A stretch of DNA of 64,000 nucleotides from Candidatus Latescibacterota bacterium. Lineage in GTDB: Bacteria > Latescibacterota > UBA2968. Position 1 is the first letter of the stretch, and each line of letters starts with the position of its first letter. The position numbers and the translations under genes were made by a program. The notes beneath the pieces are model-generated. The model saw only the letters and a list, made by a program, of their open reading frames with translations, searched no databases and was not told where the DNA came from. Positions 1-8,325 of the stretch are shown here, in pieces. The stretch spans positions 288,001 through 352,000 of the forward strand of contig OZ242195.1 in NCBI GenBank assembly GCA_965205975.1, written 5' to 3'.

Positions 1-2
1 TT

Positions 3-746
3 CGCAAGCTGTGTGACAGTGCTGAGATTGGGATTGGTAGTGTGGATTGGGGGGCAGGGGGTGGATTGTTGAGTAAAGATGATGGTGCGCGAGAAGAAGC
101 TGTGTCCGCGATGAAAGCGCGCATTCAGGCGGTTGGCGCATACGGTTCAGGGGTGATTTTTTTGTGTTTGGCTCCCGATGATCGATTGCAGGCGCGGGCT
201 GAGACATTTGAGGTGTTCAAGCAGGTCTATCCAGAGATTGTGGAAGAGGCCGAAGCGCACGAGGTTTTTCTCGCCATTGAACCCTGGCCCGGTCCGGCAC
301 CTGCATACCCGAATTTGGGCTGTACGCCCGAAACCTTGCGAGCGGTGTTTGAGGTTGTTCCGTCACCTAATCTGGGTATTTGTTACGATCCGTCGCATTT
401 TGCGCGTATCGGGGTTGATTACAAGCGGTTGCTGATGGAGTTTGGCAATCGGGTGCGGCATGTGCATGCAAAGGATACCGAGTTATTGGCCGATGGACTG
501 TATGAGTTTGGCTGCCTGGGTCAATCTTTTGGACAGCGCTATGGTTATGGCGAGGGGTGGTGGCGTTACTGTATTCCCGGATGGGGTGTGGTGGATTGGA
601 AATGGGTGATTGCGCGTCTGGAGGAATTGGGCTACGACGGACCGCTGGCTATTGAATTGGAAGACCACCGCTATAGCGGCAGTGCCGAAAAGAATGCAGC
701 GGGTATTTTGGCTGCGAAAAATTATCTCGAAGATATTTTGGGATAA
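3..746 (+). CDS. Sugar phosphate isomerase/epimerase (xylose isomerase-like TIM barrel), 5' truncated by the window edge
   Basis: The frame is open from position 3. Family motifs: LAIEPW, ICYDPSH, HVHAKD, PGWGVVDW, IELED (E/D/H/E metal ligands). Confidence 0.85.
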   Translation, partial: RKLCDSAEIGIGSVDWGAGGGLLSKDDGAREEAVSAMKARIQAVGAYGSGVIFLCLAPDDRLQARAETFEVFKQVYPEIVEEAEAHEVFLAIEPWPGPAPAYPNLGCTPETLRAVFEVVPSPNLGICYDPSHFARIGVDYKRLLMEFGNRVRHVHAKDTELLADGLYEFGCLGQSFGQRYGYGEGWWRYCIPGWGVVDWKWVIARLEELGYDGPLAIELEDHRYSGSAEKNAAGILAAKNYLEDILG

Positions 747-798
747 CAAATACTAAAGTTAGCATATTCCTGTAAAAGAGGAACTGCAGGACAGCAAT

Positions 799-832
799 TG
801 TCATTGCGGCATGGTTTTGAGCCGCAATCCAG
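799..832. repeat. REP-like palindrome (TGTCATT-GCGGC...GCCGC-AATCCAG)
   Basis: ATTGCGGC (803-810) pairs with GCCGCAAT (821-828). The flanks GTCATT and AATCCAG resemble known extragenic palindrome families. Confidence 0.5.
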
Positions 833-879
833 AAAAATCGCTCGTGTGTCGTACACTTTATCCCGATACTAAGCAAGAC

Positions 880-914
880 AAAATCCCCACAAGCAGTTTA
901 TTGTGGGGATTTTA
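880..914. terminator. Bidirectional intrinsic terminator between convergent genes
   Basis: Perfect 13-bp stem AAAATCCCCACAA / TTGTGGGGATTTT with an 8-nt loop and A/T tracts on both sides. Confidence 0.75.
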
Positions 915-963
915 TCATGTGTGTCAAACAGCTCGCGACCCTAGCTTTAAAGGCATTATATTT

Positions 964-2373
964 TCATAATTTCTTTAATTCCTGTTCGAGGTTCTCCACT
1001 GCTTCTATTGCCTTGGAAATCTCTTTTTTAATGATGTTGACAATAGTAGCATGGCTTAGCGGGTTCAGGATAATTTTGCGGTACAGTTCAATCTCGTTAA
1101 TGAGAGAGCTTTGTAAAAAGGCTCCACTTTTTATAGCTGTCCAGAAATCTTCGCTTGACAATTTTTGGGGATCTTCGGAGTAGCGGACAGGGAGTCCCTT
1201 TGTGTCGCAAAATTTCTTGATTATCTCTTCAAAAGCAGTGCGAAGATAAATTGCACAGGCTTTGTAGTCGTTGGCTGCAAAATACTCCTTCGCCTTTTCA
1301 AGATACGCTCGATTTTCTACATAGACCGGAATTTCGTTTTTTGAAGTTTTGCTAAAGTAAAATTCAGCGTATTTCCATTTTCTTTCTTCCGTCCGTTGCC
1401 TGACAATTTCATACCAGATGCGATCATAGGTCAGGAAGAATATCTGATAATCTGAGAAGTATTCTTCTAAAATGTCGATCATCGGCAGGCGGTTTGACAT
1501 GTCCAGGCCGATTAGCACATCATCTAATGCCAGAATTTTTAGAGTGCTTTCTGGCTGAATCAGAATTGATGAAAGGTAGATCGCAATAGCAATCGAGGAC
1601 AATTTTGCTTCATTCAAGAAACGGTGATGCGAAGAGATGTCTCTGGCGAAGAACTTGACCTTCAAGAGTATTTGCTCACCATCAAGCACCTTGTTGTCGC
1701 GGTTATATGTGATACCCTGAAAGTCGAACTCGATGACAACATCGTCCCCAAATTTTTCGAGGATTTCAGATGTCTTCGTTTGCAATTCTGTTAATCTGTC
1801 TGCTAATTCGAGGTTAAAATTCTCTATCTGTTCTTCGAGAATTGCAATTTTATTTGTCGCGTTTCGGCGTGGAAATGGTGGCTGAATGTCTTCCCACTCG
1901 TCGGCAAGGCTTCGACCTGTTAGAGCACTAACGGTATTTGCCAGGAGATTCTTAACCAGCAAATCGAAAACATTTACAATACCACTTTCTCGATGGACAT
2001 GGTGTGTCTCCAGAAGTGCCTTATAGTCGAGGAAGCCCTTTGACTTTGATGCTTCAATAAACAGAGGATCATTTGTCTCTTTAACGCTCTGTGACCATTC
2101 GTAGATTTGTTCATTTGATCGTCGGTGAGTGCGGAGATGCAGTTTGACGTAGCCAGCATCCGCAGTAAAGATGTTCTGATAGTTTTCAAATTGGTACGAA
2201 TCATCCTCACTTGATTCAAGAAAGTATTTTAACGCGAGATACAGCGATGATTTTCCACTTCCATTTTCGCCATAGATCAGCAGATTTTTTCCTGCTCGAT
2301 GCAGATTGATTTGATATGGCGGCCCATAAAAAGCCCTAAAATTTTTTATTTCGATTTTGGTAATTCTCACCAC
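964..2373 (-). CDS. ABC-type (SMC/RloC-like) ATPase with a putative C-terminal HEPN-like RNase domain
   Basis: N-terminal IKNFRAF, Walker A GENGSGKSS, short coiled coil, signature-like FLNEAK, Walker B LALDDVLIGLD, switch LTYD. C-terminal LRTAFE...RKIILNPLSH. The start may be 2370 (GTGA overlap with the upstream stop). Confidence 0.8.
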   Translation of the reverse strand: MVRITKIEIKNFRAFYGPPYQINLHRAGKNLLIYGENGSGKSSLYLALKYFLESSEDDSYQFENYQNIFTADAGYVKLHLRTHRRSNEQIYEWSQSVKETNDPLFIEASKSKGFLDYKALLETHHVHRESGIVNVFDLLVKNLLANTVSALTGRSLADEWEDIQPPFPRRNATNKIAILEEQIENFNLELADRLTELQTKTSEILEKFGDDVVIEFDFQGITYNRDNKVLDGEQILLKVKFFARDISSHHRFLNEAKLSSIAIAIYLSSILIQPESTLKILALDDVLIGLDMSNRLPMIDILEEYFSDYQIFFLTYDRIWYEIVRQRTEERKWKYAEFYFSKTSKNEIPVYVENRAYLEKAKEYFAANDYKACAIYLRTAFEEIIKKFCDTKGLPVRYSEDPQKLSSEDFWTAIKSGAFLQSSLINEIELYRKIILNPLSHATIVNIIKKEISKAIEAVENLEQELKKL

Positions 2374-4991
2374 TTGCCCTCAATGATGCGGATAGGTTTT
2401 AAGCTATCGAGAAAGAAAAGATTTTTCCGGACAGGATGCGTTCTGTCATACAGGTGCTCGAAGATGTCTCGGAACGCAGATATTTTATCATCCGAAATCT
2501 CTTCAAGTTGTGGGAAGTGTTCGTCTAACAGCGGTTTGAAGAAGTATTTGTCGCCTTGATGAAGTACGTCGGGTAGATAGCACTCATAGACCAATCCGTC
2601 AATGATTCGCTCAAAATATTTGAGCATCATGTAATCGCGAGCATGTGCCAAATTTTGGCTATTTGTCATTGGCTGTTTCTGGAGGTATATGAGATAATTG
2701 ACGATTTTGCCGATCAGTGCCTTTTGAGTTGAGGTGACATTGGGGATAGGGATCTGCTGCATATAACCACTGAGTGCGCGAAGTTCATCGGCTGTTAATT
2801 GGTCTGATACCTGTGAATAAAACCATTCCACAACGCTGGAATTGAGGATACCGCATAACCATGTTTCCTCAGTCGGGATAAGGTAGCAGGTATCCCCGCA
2901 GTAAAGACCATCTTCATCTACAGCGAAAGTTTGGTGGTTATAGCGGTTTGGACAGACCAGCTTTGGTCGCGTAAAATACTCAGAATCACCAGGGACTGCC
3001 TGTAGCTCGTACCATTCCTGTTTCCCCGCCCTTTTGCACAGGGAATCCCTGTATTTTTTCAGGTGTTTCAGAATTGCCGGATAAGCGTCTATTTCTATTC
3101 CGTGGTAGGCAAAGATCAACCACAAATTCTGTGCATCTACCTGCCAGCGACTTATATCCCGTCCGCGCAAAAATGGCTTCAAAATGTCAGCAGATAAAGG
3201 ATGCTCGGCAATGAGTTTATCCCGCGTTTTTCTATCTACCACAAACGCATCGTCCATACCTGTCTTGATACCGAAATGAGATGGTATATTGACATATTGT
3301 CCTAACGGTATTCCTGTGTTGCGAAGTTCCTCGAGTAAATTCACTACATCAGGTGATTTAGGAAGCGTGGCGTCCGCACTTAAAACTTCTTTATTTTGTG
3401 AGGGAAGGTTCAGTTCAGACGAATATTGGCCTTGGCGAGGAGAGGGCTGTTGTATCAAGTCTTTTTGCATCTTGGGAAAACGGCTCCGTCGCCGTTGCGT
3501 TAGCATCGCCGCAATGTTTTCTGGCAACTGCAAACCATGTCTGCGTTCAAAAGCCTCAACATTTTTGTAATCGTTGCGAAATGCCGCGATAATATCCTCT
3601 CCTATGCTCTTGGCAACTGTCAGATCTGATCTGGCTTCTCGCCAATTTTGCAAGTGCAGCCAACACATACCACGACTGAAATAGGCTAAGGCAAGTCCTG
3701 GGTTCAGGTCTATTGACTTATTGAAGTCTGCGATGGCACGGTCAACCTCGCCTTTGTTGTGGTAAGTAGTACCGCGATTGTGATAGGCTAAGGCAAGTCC
3801 TGGGTTCAGGTCTATTGACTTACTGAAGTCTGCGATGGCAGGGTCATGTTCGCCTTTGTCACCGTAAGCAATGCCGCGATTATTATAGGCTTCGGCAAGC
3901 TCTGGATTCAGTTCTATCGCCTTGTTGTAATCTGCAATGGCCTGATCATACGAGCCTTTGCGATGGTAAGCAATGCCGCGATTGCAATAGGCCCTGGCAT
4001 TATCTGGGTTAAGTTCTATCGCCTTGTTGTAATCTGCAATGGCACGGTTATATACGCCTTTGTCGCTGTAAATATTTCCGCGATTGTAATAAGCACCTGT
4101 GTAATCCGATTGCAAATCTATCGCCTTGCCATAGTCTGAGATAGCACGGTCATGTTCACCTTTGTCACCGTAAGCATTGCCACGATTGTTATAAGCTTCG
4201 GCGTAATTCGGTTTCAGTCGTATCGCCTCGCTGTAGTCTGAGATAGCGTGGTCATACTTATCTTTGCGGTGGTAAGCAATGCCGCGATTGTAATAGGCGC
4301 CGGCAAATTCTGGGTTAAGTTCTATCGATTTGTCCAAGTCTGAAATAGCACGGCCAATCTCACCTTCGCTGAAGTAAGAAGTCCCCCGATTGTTATAGGC
4401 ATCGGCATAGCGCGGCTTGAGCTCAATCGCATGTGAGTAGGCTTCTTCCGCCTTGTCGATTTGCCCTAATATCATTAGAAAGTTACCCTGTTGTAGTGCC
4501 AAATAAGCCAGTATTTCTATTTCTTCATCTGTTATACGAGATACGGGTTTTACATGAGATTGTGTTTCATCAACAATTTTTCGGAGACCTGCTACCACAT
4601 TTTGCCAGCCTTTATTCTCAGGTTGCCATTCGTTAATAGGCTTGCCTTTAGCAGGTAGAGCTTGAATGTCGCTGAGTTGATGATTTAGCCAATCGCAATC
4701 CTCAAGAATAACGGGAATGACTCTCATCTCTCCGCTTAATGCTTCTGCCAATTCCTTATTGCAGTTTGTAGAGGCAAGACTTGAAGCGGAGACGAGGTAG
4801 AGTAGAATGTCCGAATCGGCAAGATTTTTAGAAATGTCTTTATACCACTTGTCGCCTGGGAGGATTTCGTTATCATGCCAAATTGTTATCATGCCTTGTT
4901 GTACCATTACATCAAGACACTTTTTCAATTTGTCCTTTAAATCTGTATCCTCATGCGAATAAGTAATAAATACTTTTAGTGATTCGCCCAT
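2367..4991 (-). CDS. TIR domain + 9 TPR repeats + TaqI_C-like type IIG R-M target-recognition domain fusion
   Basis: TIR: KVFITYSHED...WHD..ILPGDKW...LVSASSLASTNCNKELAEAL. 34-aa AY(N/Y)NRG...AIxD(Y/F)xKAIELNP repeats. C-terminal GIKTG..AFVVD, LKPFLRGRDISRW, YPAILKHL, WYELQ, LCGILNS, MQQIPIP are typical of Eco57I/TaqI-like specificity domains. Confidence 0.85.
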   Translation of the reverse strand: MGESLKVFITYSHEDTDLKDKLKKCLDVMVQQGMITIWHDNEILPGDKWYKDISKNLADSDILLYLVSASSLASTNCNKELAEALSGEMRVIPVILEDCDWLNHQLSDIQALPAKGKPINEWQPENKGWQNVVAGLRKIVDETQSHVKPVSRITDEEIEILAYLALQQGNFLMILGQIDKAEEAYSHAIELKPRYADAYNNRGTSYFSEGEIGRAISDLDKSIELNPEFAGAYYNRGIAYHRKDKYDHAISDYSEAIRLKPNYAEAYNNRGNAYGDKGEHDRAISDYGKAIDLQSDYTGAYYNRGNIYSDKGVYNRAIADYNKAIELNPDNARAYCNRGIAYHRKGSYDQAIADYNKAIELNPELAEAYNNRGIAYGDKGEHDPAIADFSKSIDLNPGLALAYHNRGTTYHNKGEVDRAIADFNKSIDLNPGLALAYFSRGMCWLHLQNWREARSDLTVAKSIGEDIIAAFRNDYKNVEAFERRHGLQLPENIAAMLTQRRRSRFPKMQKDLIQQPSPRQGQYSSELNLPSQNKEVLSADATLPKSPDVVNLLEELRNTGIPLGQYVNIPSHFGIKTGMDDAFVVDRKTRDKLIAEHPLSADILKPFLRGRDISRWQVDAQNLWLIFAYHGIEIDAYPAILKHLKKYRDSLCKRAGKQEWYELQAVPGDSEYFTRPKLVCPNRYNHQTFAVDEDGLYCGDTCYLIPTEETWLCGILNSSVVEWFYSQVSDQLTADELRALSGYMQQIPIPNVTSTQKALIGKIVNYLIYLQKQPMTNSQNLAHARDYMMLKYFERIIDGLVYECYLPDVLHQGDKYFFKPLLDEHFPQLEEISDDKISAFRDIFEHLYDRTHPVRKNLFFLDSLKPIRIIEGKW
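3590..4505 (-). repeat. TPR-coding tandem array with a 102-bp period
   Basis: 3681-3738 vs 3783-3840 match at 57/58 nt. 3910-3941 and 4012-4043 are identical over 32 nt. Both offsets are 102 bp. Confidence 0.9.
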
Positions 4992-5094
4992 TTTCTTTTC
5001 TCCACGGTCAGGGTCAGGATGACTGACATTGTACTGCGCGTGTTCAGGATTTTGGGCTTTTCAAGATTCTATCCTTACATCTATAATACCTGAT

Positions 5095-5982
5095 TTACCC
5101 CGATAATGCGCGTTGCATTGTTGCGCCCATTTCAGCGGGGCTTTCGCATACGTGAATGCCGGCTTCTCGAAGCGCGGCCATTTTGTCGGCGGCGGTGCCC
5201 TGTCCGCCGGAGATAATTGCGCCCGCATGCCCCATGCGTCGCCCCGGGGGCGCTGTTTGACCCGCGATAAAACTGACTACGGGTTTGCCAAAGTGCGCTT
5301 TGACATAAGCGGCGGCTTCTTCTTCGGCGGTGCCGCCAATTTCCCCGATCATGATGACGGCATCTGTGTCGGGGTCGTCCTTGAAGAGCGCGAGGCAGTC
5401 TGTAAAGGTCGTGCCGATGATGGGGTCTCCGCCGATGCCCACACACGACGATTGACCAAAGCCACTATCGGTGAGTTGCGAGACCGCTTCATAGGTGAGC
5501 GTGCCGCTGCGCGAAATGACGCCAATGCGACCTTCGCGATGAATCGCGCCTGGCATAATGCCGATTTTGCACTTGCCCGGAGAAATCAGGCCCGGACAAT
5601 TGGGGCCGATCAAGCGCGTGTTTTTATCGGCCAGATAGTGTTTGGCTTTTAGCATGTCGAGGACGGGTATGTTCTCAGAGATGCACACGACCAGGGGGAG
5701 GTCTGCATCGGCCGCTTCCATGATGGTGTCGGCTGCAAAGGGCGCGGGAACAAAATTGGCCGATGCCGTGGCACCTGTTTGTTCTACGGCATCGGATACA
5801 GTATCAAAAACGGGTATGCCATCCACGCTCTCGCCGCTTTTACCGGCGTTGACCACGCCGACGACTTGCGTGCCGTATTCGACCATTTGTTCCAGATGAA
5901 ATCGCGCTTCGCCACCCATTGCTCTGCTGCTGGAAAAGCTCTGGACGATCACGCGGGTGTTGCTGTCAATGAGGATGCTCAT
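5095..5982 (-). CDS. sucD: Succinyl-CoA synthetase alpha subunit
   Basis: [28 protein letters not shown] and the phospho-His motif MGHAGA. Confidence 0.95.
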   Translation of the reverse strand: MSILIDSNTRVIVQSFSSSRAMGGEARFHLEQMVEYGTQVVGVVNAGKSGESVDGIPVFDTVSDAVEQTGATASANFVPAPFAADTIMEAADADLPLVVCISENIPVLDMLKAKHYLADKNTRLIGPNCPGLISPGKCKIGIMPGAIHREGRIGVISRSGTLTYEAVSQLTDSGFGQSSCVGIGGDPIIGTTFTDCLALFKDDPDTDAVIMIGEIGGTAEEEAAAYVKAHFGKPVVSFIAGQTAPPGRRMGHAGAIISGGQGTAADKMAALREAGIHVCESPAEMGATMQRALSG

Positions 5983-6067
5983 AAAATTTGTTCCTTGTGG
6001 TTGAAATACGAATCAGCGAAGTAGTTTGTAGTAACTCTGGGTGGTAGGGTGGGGTTCGTCTATTCGT

Positions 6068-6754
6068 CTATTCGCGCTTCTTTGTTCGTTCTTCGATTGT
6101 GCCATCTGTTTTGCCGATGATGATGCGATCCGTCAGGCCAATAAAAAGACCGCATTCGACCACGCCGCACAAGGCGTTGATTTTTGCTTCGAGCGCGGGC
6201 GGGTCGTCAATGCGACCAAAATCGCAATCGATGATATAATTGCCGTTGTCTGTGACAAAAGGCGTGTTGTCCTGCGCGTTGCGAAGCGTGGGATGACAGC
6301 CCAGGTCTGCGAGCAGGCGTTGTATGGCTTGCCAGCCAAAGGGAATGACTTCAACGGGCAAGGGGAAAGCCCCGAGGTGCGCCACTGGTTTGGATTCGTC
6401 GGCGACGATGATTTCTCTGTCGGATAGAGAGGCAACGATTTTTTCTCGCAAAAGCGCGCCGCCGCCACCTTTTATGAGGTTAAAGTCCGGGTCAAATTCA
6501 TCCGCGCCGTCAATGGTCAGATCAATGCGGGTAACTTTGCCGAAGTCGATGAGTGGAATATTTTCAGATTCCGCCTGAATGCGCGATTGCTCTGAGGTGG
6601 GTATGCCGCATATATCGAGTCCTTCCGCGATGCGCTGGCCGAGCTTTTGAATTGCAAAAAAAGCAGTTGATCCCGTGCCCAGACCGACGACCATGCCATC
6701 TTCGACATATTCGGCAGCTCGTTCTCCTGATAGTTGCTTGGGGTTAATTGTCAT
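6068..6754 (-). CDS. rpiA: Ribose-5-phosphate isomerase A
   Basis: GLGTGST, IDGADE, KGGGGALLREK, PVEV, TDNGN. Start set at ATG 6754 (alternative 6772). Confidence 0.95.
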   Translation of the reverse strand: MTINPKQLSGERAAEYVEDGMVVGLGTGSTAFFAIQKLGQRIAEGLDICGIPTSEQSRIQAESENIPLIDFGKVTRIDLTIDGADEFDPDFNLIKGGGGALLREKIVASLSDREIIVADESKPVAHLGAFPLPVEVIPFGWQAIQRLLADLGCHPTLRNAQDNTPFVTDNGNYIIDCDFGRIDDPPALEAKINALCGVVECGLFIGLTDRIIIGKTDGTIEERTKKRE

Positions 6755-6919
6755 ATCTGTTCCATCCTTCATAATAAAAACAAGCAGAAGATAAACGGAA
6801 GATAGTGATTTGGCAATGATTTTGACTCAGACAGGCACGGTATTTTTCTATTTATTTTTTTTAAAAATTGTCATACTCTATCAAATGGGTGGACACTGTG
6901 ATTAAATTCGGAGAGAAAT

Positions 6920-7756
6920 ATGGCTTATCGCACATTGGAAGATTTTTTTGGTGATATTGTGGGGAAAGCGCGTCGGGGACAGGGGATTTCGGAATCGGAA
7001 CTGGCGCAACAGGTGGGGCTTAGTGTTCGACAAATTGGACAAATAGAATCGTACGAGTTGACACCTGACGATCAGACTATTTGCCGACTTGCAGACGCAC
7101 TTCATCTCGATGGTGAAAAATTGGTGGAAGTGGCGCGTGGATGGGTGCCACCACAGGGTAATGCGGCGTTTGAAGATGAGGCCGTGCGGGTTGATCGATT
7201 GATTCTCGATGCGGGCATGACGGTGAATTGTTATGTCCTAAAGTGTAAGGCGTCGGGCAAAGGAGCTGTGATTGATCCCGGTGGGCAGGCGCAGTTGATT
7301 TTGGATGCGATAGCCGATGTACAGGTGACGCATATTTTGCTCACACATGGGCACGGCGATCACGTTGGGGCACTCGAAGCAGTTGCCGATGTGACACGGG
7401 CGCAGGTATGTGGTTGCGAGCGCGATTTTGCGTTGATGGGCGGGCGCAGCCAGCGGGTGACTGAACGCGTGGATGAGGGCTGGCAAACAGCGATTGGCGA
7501 ACTCGGTATTGATACGGTGAGTTTGCCCGGGCATACGGGCGGTGGCATTGGTTATTATACTGCGCCCGTGTTTTTTTCGGGCGATGCGCTATTTGCGGGT
7601 TCTCTGGGAGGGGCGAAGGGAGGTGCCTACCAAGGGCAAATTCAGGCTGTGCGTGCAAAGGTACTCTCTCTGCCGGAGGAAACGACTATTTTCCCCGGTC
7701 ATGGTCCGATTACGTCTGTGGCACAGGAGTTGGCGCATAATCCCTATTTTGTTTGA
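6920..7756 (+). CDS. XRE-type HTH fused to an MBL-fold metallo-hydrolase (glyoxalase II-like)
   Basis: N-terminal KARRGQGISESELAQQVGLSVRQIGQIES HTH, then THGHGDH, PGHT, GDALF, PGHG. RBS GGAG upstream. Confidence 0.85.
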   Translation: MAYRTLEDFFGDIVGKARRGQGISESELAQQVGLSVRQIGQIESYELTPDDQTICRLADALHLDGEKLVEVARGWVPPQGNAAFEDEAVRVDRLILDAGMTVNCYVLKCKASGKGAVIDPGGQAQLILDAIADVQVTHILLTHGHGDHVGALEAVADVTRAQVCGCERDFALMGGRSQRVTERVDEGWQTAIGELGIDTVSLPGHTGGGIGYYTAPVFFSGDALFAGSLGGAKGGAYQGQIQAVRAKVLSLPEETTIFPGHGPITSVAQELAHNPYFV

Positions 7757-7787
7757 GATGGGTCCCTGTGCTGGAATCCGGGGCTTT

Positions 7788-7976
7788 TTATTTTTCTTCA
7801 GATGTCTGGGTTTCAACCCATTGTCCAATGGCCTGGCAGATGGATTCGACAGCGGCTTTTTTGCGCTCAAGGCGGTCAATATGCACGCGTAGCTGATCGA
7901 TTTGTGCGTCGATGTCTTGAAGTTCTTCCTTTGCTGCTTCAAGTGCTTGTTGATATAGGGGGGTTGGTTTAGCCAT
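7788..7976 (-). CDS. Small coiled-coil hypothetical protein (62 aa)
   Basis: Strong RBS AAGGAG 8 nt before the ATG; heptad pattern LQDIDAQIDQLRVHIDRLERKK; fills an intergenic gap. Confidence 0.65.
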   Translation of the reverse strand: MAKPTPLYQQALEAAKEELQDIDAQIDQLRVHIDRLERKKAAVESICQAIGQWVETQTSEEK

Positions 7977-8325
7977 GAATTAATCTCCTTTTTATTAAGT
8001 AATAATGAAATTACGAGATCCAGCTAAACATAAGCTGTGCAGCCTTGTGGCGTCAAGCGCGAAAAAGTCCGCTTGCAGTTGATTCGACAAAGTGGTGTAT
8101 GTTTTTTTACCCGTTACAATTTATTACAATTTTCATGGGAACGAAGTGGTCCAGATGGTTGTTTAATGCTGTAAATTACAGATTCTTAGAGATATGCAAC
8201 TTTCTTTTGATTCACGCATTTAAAAAAAAGTAGTAAATTTCAATATATAGTGGGCGTTGAGAGTATGTCAACGCTGTTTCACAAGGATATTTCTCACAGT
8301 TGATTACGTCGCAAAGGAGCTAAAC

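Noticed and set aside
3590..4505. Regularly spaced DNA repeats as a possible CRISPR array or DGR template/variable repeat pair
   Set aside because: The period is exactly 102 bp (34 codons) inside an ORF encoding TPRs. There are no unique spacers, cas genes or reverse transcriptase.
2367..4991. A complete type IIG restriction-modification enzyme
   Set aside because: No SAM-binding FxGxG, NPPY or PD-(D/E)xK motifs; only the specificity domain is present.
6043..6062. GTAGGGTGGGG as a REP element
   Set aside because: The second arm of the palindrome is missing.
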